From Candidatus Methylomirabilota bacterium (GTDB lineage Bacteria; Methylomirabilota; Methylomirabilia; Rokubacteriales; CSP1-6): a stretch of DNA of 52,584 bases. Numbering within the stretch: the stretch's first letter is position 1; each line of letters starts with the position of its first letter. Of the stretch, positions 46,417 through 52,584 are shown piece after piece. The notes beneath the pieces were generated by a model, which did no database searches, was not told the DNA's origin, and saw nothing but the letters and a program-made list of their open reading frames with translations. Location: NCBI GenBank assembly GCA_046726415.1, contig JBKPAK010000127.1:1-52584 (forward strand), given 5' to 3'. The position numbers and the translations under genes were made by a program.

Positions 46417-47576
46417 GTACTCCGAGGACAGCGAGCGTGGTCATCATTGGAGGGGGCGTGGTCGGCTGCAGCATTGCCTATCATCTCGCCCGCCGCGGTC
46501 AGCGCGACGTCGTGGTGGTCGAGCGCGACGCGGTCGGCGCCGGCACGACGAGCAAAGCGGCGGGGGGCATCCGCGCCCAGTTTCCCACGGAGACGGAGAT
46601 TCGCTTTTCGCTGGAGGCCATGGGGGTCTTCGAAACGTTCCGCGAGGAGTTCGGCGTCGACATCGGCTATCGGAAGATCGGGTACCTGTTTCTCGTGTCC
46701 GATGAGGACGACCTGCGTGGCTTTCAGGAGCGAATGGCCCTCCAGCGGCGCCTGGGCGCCGACGTCCGTCTCATCACGCCCAAGGAGGCGCAAGCGCTGG
46801 TGCCCGCGCTCCGCGTGGACGACCTCGTGGCCGCCGTATGGGGCCCGGGTGACGGCATGGCCGGCCCGGCGGAGGTCACCAACGGCTTCGCGCGGCGCGC
46901 CCGCGAACTGGGCGCGTGCATTGCCGAGGGAGTCGACGTCACCGGAATCGACCTCGAGGGTGGCCGCGTTCGCGGCGTTCGCACGACCCAGGGCCGCATC
47001 GACACCTCCCGCGTCGTCAACGCGGCGGGACCGGCCGCGGCCCGCGTCGGTCGCCTGGCGGGTCTCGAGATTCCCGTGCTTCCGCGCCGGCGCCACATTT
47101 TCTTCACCGAGCCATTCCCGGAAATTCCCGGGCCGGTACCGCTGACTACGGATCGGGCGAGCGGCTTCTACTTCCGCAAGGAAATGGAGCAAGTGCTCCT
47201 GAGCCCGGGGGATGTCGAGGACGTTGGCGACGATCTGAACGTCGCCGTCGACCGCGGCAAGATTGAGATCACGGTCCACAAAGCGCTTCACCGCATCCCT
47301 GTTATCGAGGACGCCCGGATCGCCGGAGGCTGGGCGGGCCTGCGGCCTCTCACTCCGGACGACCACGCGATCCTCGGACCGGCGCCGCGTGTCGAGGGCT
47401 TCTTCCTTGCCGTCGGCTTCGGTGGTCACGGCTTCCAGCACTCGCCGGCCACCGGCCGCTACGTCGCGGAGTGGATCCTGGACGGCACGCCTTCGATGGA
47501 TCTGTCGCTGTTCGATCCCGGCCGCTTCGCCGCGGGACGCGTCATTGCGCAGGCCAAGGGCCCCGACGCGGAGTAA
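46413..47576 (+). CDS. FAD-dependent amine/amino-acid oxidoreductase (DAO/sarcosine oxidase beta family)
   Basis: IIGGGVVG; TSKAAGG; VNAAG; WAGLRPLTPD; GFGGHGF; AGGAGG SD. Confidence 0.88.
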   Translation: MSTPRTASVVIIGGGVVGCSIAYHLARRGQRDVVVVERDAVGAGTTSKAAGGIRAQFPTETEIRFSLEAMGVFETFREEFGVDIGYRKIGYLFLVSDEDDLRGFQERMALQRRLGADVRLITPKEAQALVPALRVDDLVAAVWGPGDGMAGPAEVTNGFARRARELGACIAEGVDVTGIDLEGGRVRGVRTTQGRIDTSRVVNAAGPAAARVGRLAGLEIPVLPRRRHIFFTEPFPEIPGPVPLTTDRASGFYFRKEMEQVLLSPGDVEDVGDDLNVAVDRGKIEITVHKALHRIPVIEDARIAGGWAGLRPLTPDDHAILGPAPRVEGFFLAVGFGGHGFQHSPATGRYVAEWILDGTPSMDLSLFDPGRFAAGRVIAQAKGPDAE

Positions 47577-47579
47577 CCG

Positions 47580-48689
47580 ATGCAGCTCGCCGACGTTCGC
47601 GTCGCCCTCGCCGATATTCCCGTCAAGCGTCCCCACGCCATGTCGTTCACCACGCTGAAGGCGGTGAATTTCGCCTTCGTGCGGCTGGAGGCGCGAAACG
47701 GCCTGGTGGGCTGGGGCGAGGCGGCCTGTCTGGGCGGGCCGACGTGGAGCGAAGAATCGGCGGAGTCGGTGGCCATCACCATCGAGCGCTACATCGCGCC
47801 CTGGCTGGTGGGTCGCGACGTCACCCAGATCGAAGCCCTTCGCCAGGAGATGGCGCATCGCCTCCAGGGCAACCCGTTCGCGCGGGCCGCCGTGGAGATG
47901 GCGCTGTGGGACCTGAACGGCCGCGCCCTCGGCGTGCCCGTCCACCGGCTGCTCGGAGGGCGCATGCGGGATCGCGTGCCTCTGTCTTGGTCGCTGGCCG
48001 TGGAGGATCCCGATGCTGAACTGGCCGAGGCCCGCGCGCTCGTCGCTCGCGGACACCGGATCTTCAAGATCAAGACGGCCGCGCAGGCGCTCGCCCACGA
48101 CATGGAGCGCGTGCGGCGGATCCGCGAGGCGGTCGGCCCAGGCGTGTCTCTGCGCGTGGACGCCAACCAGGGTTGGGATCGCGCGAGCGCGCGCCGCGCC
48201 ATCCGCGCCCTCGAACCTTTCGATCTCGACTTCGTGGAGCAACCGCTCCCGCGCTGGGACCTCGAGGGCATGGCGCAACTCGGGCGCAGCGTGGGCGTGC
48301 CCATCATGGCCGACGAGTCGTGCTTCACGCTCCACGATGCGATGACCATCGCCCGGCTGGGTGGGGTGAGCATCCTCGGGCTCAAGGTGACGAAGTCGGG
48401 GGGTCTGCTCGGCAGCCTGGCCATCGCTCGAATCGCCGAAGGGAGCGGCCTCACCTGCTACATGGGTTGCATGATCGAGACGTCCCTGGGGACGGCCGCC
48501 TCTTTGCACGTCGCGCTGGCGGCGCCGCCCGTCACCTGGGGCTGCGAGCTGTTCGGCCCCTTGCTCCTCACGGGCGACGTGGTTGCGCGGCCCGTCGAAT
48601 ACGCGGAGGGCGCCATCCTCGCTCTCGACGGACCTGGCCTGGGCGTCGAGGTCGACGAGCAGGCGATCAAGGAGTGGACCCGACGGTGA
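47580..48689 (+). CDS. Enolase superfamily, muconate cycloisomerase-like
   Basis: GWGEA; KIK; DAN; EQP; ADE; K in LGLK; ELFGPLLL; GPGLG. Confidence 0.85.
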   Translation: MQLADVRVALADIPVKRPHAMSFTTLKAVNFAFVRLEARNGLVGWGEAACLGGPTWSEESAESVAITIERYIAPWLVGRDVTQIEALRQEMAHRLQGNPFARAAVEMALWDLNGRALGVPVHRLLGGRMRDRVPLSWSLAVEDPDAELAEARALVARGHRIFKIKTAAQALAHDMERVRRIREAVGPGVSLRVDANQGWDRASARRAIRALEPFDLDFVEQPLPRWDLEGMAQLGRSVGVPIMADESCFTLHDAMTIARLGGVSILGLKVTKSGGLLGSLAIARIAEGSGLTCYMGCMIETSLGTAASLHVALAAPPVTWGCELFGPLLLTGDVVARPVEYAEGAILALDGPGLGVEVDEQAIKEWTRR

Positions 48690-48731
48690 CGGCGCGAGAC
48701 TCCGCCCTGGCCCACGGCCTCCGCCGCACCG

Positions 48732-48797
48732 CTCGACGGTCAGCCTCCCTACCCCTGCGATGTCTCGACGGTCAGCCTCCCCCTACCTCGGCGATGT
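48732..48797. repeat. Imperfect tandem duplication of the 3' end of the ROK gene
   Basis: CTCGACGGTCAGCCTCCCTACCCCTGCGATGT (48732-48763) versus CTCGACGGTCAGCCTCCCCCTACCTCGGCGATGT (48764-48797). Confidence 0.8.
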
Positions 48798-49716
48798 CCC
48801 GCGCGAGGGCCAGTGCGCCCAGAACGCCGGCGCGCGAGCCCAGCGCGGGGCCGACAACATAGTCGTCGATGCGATCAGCGATCGCCGCAGACGGCACATA
48901 GCCGTTCAGAAGGCCCAGCATCTTCGCGCGCACCAGCGGCAACAGGGCGGTCTGGCGCATGATCCCACCTCCCAGCAGCACCCGGCGCGGCGACAGGATG
49001 CAGATCACGCTCACCACCCCGAGGGCCAAGTAGTGCGCCTCGAGAGGCCAAGCGGGATGATCGGCAGGGAGCGTCTCCGGGGGCTGTCCCCAGCGTTGGC
49101 CCAGGGCATGTGCTGAAGCCAGGCCCTCGAGGCAATCGCCGTGGTACGGGCACACCCCATCGAACGGATCGGCCTCCCGATCGCGGGGCACGCGCATGTG
49201 CCCCATCTCGGGATGCACCAGGCCGTGCAGCGGACGACCGTTCACGAGTCCCCCTCCCCCGATGCCCGCCCCCGCGGTCAGGTAGACGAACGTCTCGAGA
49301 CCCTGAGCGGCACCCCAGCGGTACTCGGCGAGGGCCGCCGCGTTCACATCGGTATCGAGGGCGACCGGCGTGCCGACTCCGCGGCGCAGCACGCCCACGA
49401 GGTCCACGCCTGCCCAGTCCGGCTTGGGCGTCGTGGTGATCGACCCGAAGGTCGATGAGGCCGGATCGAGGTCGAGAGGGCCGAAGGCGGCGATGCCAAT
49501 GGCCGCCAGCGGCGCGCGTGGCATGCGGGCGCGGAAGAAGTCGATGGCGTTGCCCAGAGTCGCTTCCGGCGTGGTGGTGGGGAACTCCACCAGCGCGCGC
49601 AGGTCGGCTGGCCCCGTGCCAATCGCGCAGACGACCTTCGTTCCGCCAGTCTCGACGCCGCCGACGAGCGGAGGAATGTCACCGCCGGTCTCGAACCGAT
49701 GGTCGCCCTGTGGCAT
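48772..49716 (-). CDS. ROK family fructokinase (GmuE/ScrK-like)
   Basis: [40 protein letters not shown]. Confidence 0.92.
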   Translation of the reverse strand: MPQGDHRFETGGDIPPLVGGVETGGTKVVCAIGTGPADLRALVEFPTTTPEATLGNAIDFFRARMPRAPLAAIGIAAFGPLDLDPASSTFGSITTTPKPDWAGVDLVGVLRRGVGTPVALDTDVNAAALAEYRWGAAQGLETFVYLTAGAGIGGGGLVNGRPLHGLVHPEMGHMRVPRDREADPFDGVCPYHGDCLEGLASAHALGQRWGQPPETLPADHPAWPLEAHYLALGVVSVICILSPRRVLLGGGIMRQTALLPLVRAKMLGLLNGYVPSAAIADRIDDYVVGPALGSRAGVLGALALARDIAEVGGG

Positions 49717-49852
49717 TGACCTGCTTCCCTATGATCGGTCACCCCAGGTGGATCCGTCGAGAGTCTGACGTAGTCGGGCCGCGCGCCCAACAACGATGCC
49801 TGGCCGTGGTAGCATGCCGATGCCAAGCCTCATTGCAGAGAGGGCCAGCGAT

Positions 49853-51934
<2,082 letters not shown>

Positions 51935-51944
51935 GAGACGCCCC

Positions 51945-52409
51945 ATGAACCCACTCACTGTGGAGTATCCCCGGGACTTGCAGCAGCACATCGGGCAAGA
52001 GCTGGGCCCCTCGGACTGGATCACCGTCGACCAGGCCATGATCGACAAGTTCGCCGAGGCGACCGGTGACCACCAGTGGATCCACGTCGACGTGGAGAGG
52101 GCCAAGCGCGAGATGCCGGGCGGCAAGACCATCGCGCACGGCTACCTCACGCTGTCGCTCGTCCCGCGCCTGGCCTCCACCTTGCTCAAGGTGACCAAGC
52201 GCAGCCGCGGCGTGAACTACGGCTCCAACAAGGTCCGCTTCACCGGCATGGTGCCGGCGGGAGCCCGGGTGCGGTTGCGCCAGAAGCTCCTCAAGGTCGA
52301 AGAGGTCGCCCACAACGGCGTGCGCGTGACGTCCGAGATGACCATGGAGGTCGAGGGTCAGGAGCGCCCGGCGCTCGTGGCGGAGACCATGGGCATCCAG
52401 TACACCTGA
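51945..52409 (+). CDS. MaoC family dehydratase
   Basis: FAEATGDHQWIHVD; TIAHG; NYG..KVRF; AGGAG SD. Confidence 0.92.
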   Translation: MNPLTVEYPRDLQQHIGQELGPSDWITVDQAMIDKFAEATGDHQWIHVDVERAKREMPGGKTIAHGYLTLSLVPRLASTLLKVTKRSRGVNYGSNKVRFTGMVPAGARVRLRQKLLKVEEVAHNGVRVTSEMTMEVEGQERPALVAETMGIQYT

Positions 52410-52584
52410 CCAGGGTCGACGGATCGACCCAGTGGAGGTCTTCCACGATCAGGAGCACGGGCTGGCGCGTGGCCGCTGGAGCAGCAGCGCCACCACCGTC
52501 TCGAGCGTTCGCTGGCGCTGTCGATCGGGGCTCATGGCCCGCGGCGGATAGCGGGTCTCCGGCGTTGACAGCGTCAAGAGCGGG
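52410..52584 (-). pseudogene. Truncated, frameshifted fragment of an adenylate-cyclase-associated AAA/STAND ATPase
   Basis: Hand translation RYPPRAMSPDRQRQRTLETVVALL, then a frameshift to ATRQPVLLIVEDLHWVDPSTL (Walker B). Homology stops at the MaoC stop codon. Confidence 0.65.

Noticed and set aside
46368-48509. 713-aa minus-strand ORF
   Set aside because: Antisense to two well-supported genes.

Overview
A high-GC (roughly 70% by eye) bacterial chromosomal window. Gene content and the style of intergenic repeats suggest Candidatus Rokubacteria (Methylomirabilota); this is an inference, not a test. From left to right: (1) an acyl-CoA block with a thioesterase, O-antigen-ligase-like protein, NUDIX hydrolase and paired acyl-CoA dehydrogenases under a palindromic operator; (2) a Zn amidohydrolase; (3) a caa3-type oxidase operon with fused subunits I+III; (4) ugd/uxs/nucleotidyltransferase; (5) lepA-lepB-hemW-hrcA-grpE-dnaJ-prmA-rsmE with no dnaK; (6) lpxC-DUF4390-ntrY-ntrX-fdrA; (7) a purine-catabolism-like cluster with three xanthine-dehydrogenase-family subunits, an epoxide hydrolase, an LLM enzyme, an NMT1/THI5 ABC transporter, the cytochrome-c urate hydroxylase PuuD and YlbE; (8) a decaying accessory stretch with sigma54-driven small genes and pseudogenes; (9) catabolic and beta-oxidation genes. 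The most notable non-coding signals are a family of REP-like hairpins anchored on TAG stop codons, many leaderless-type promoters, three sigma54 promoters and a candidate switchable 5' leader upstream of the purine transporter. No rRNA, tRNA, CRISPR array or transposase was recognised.
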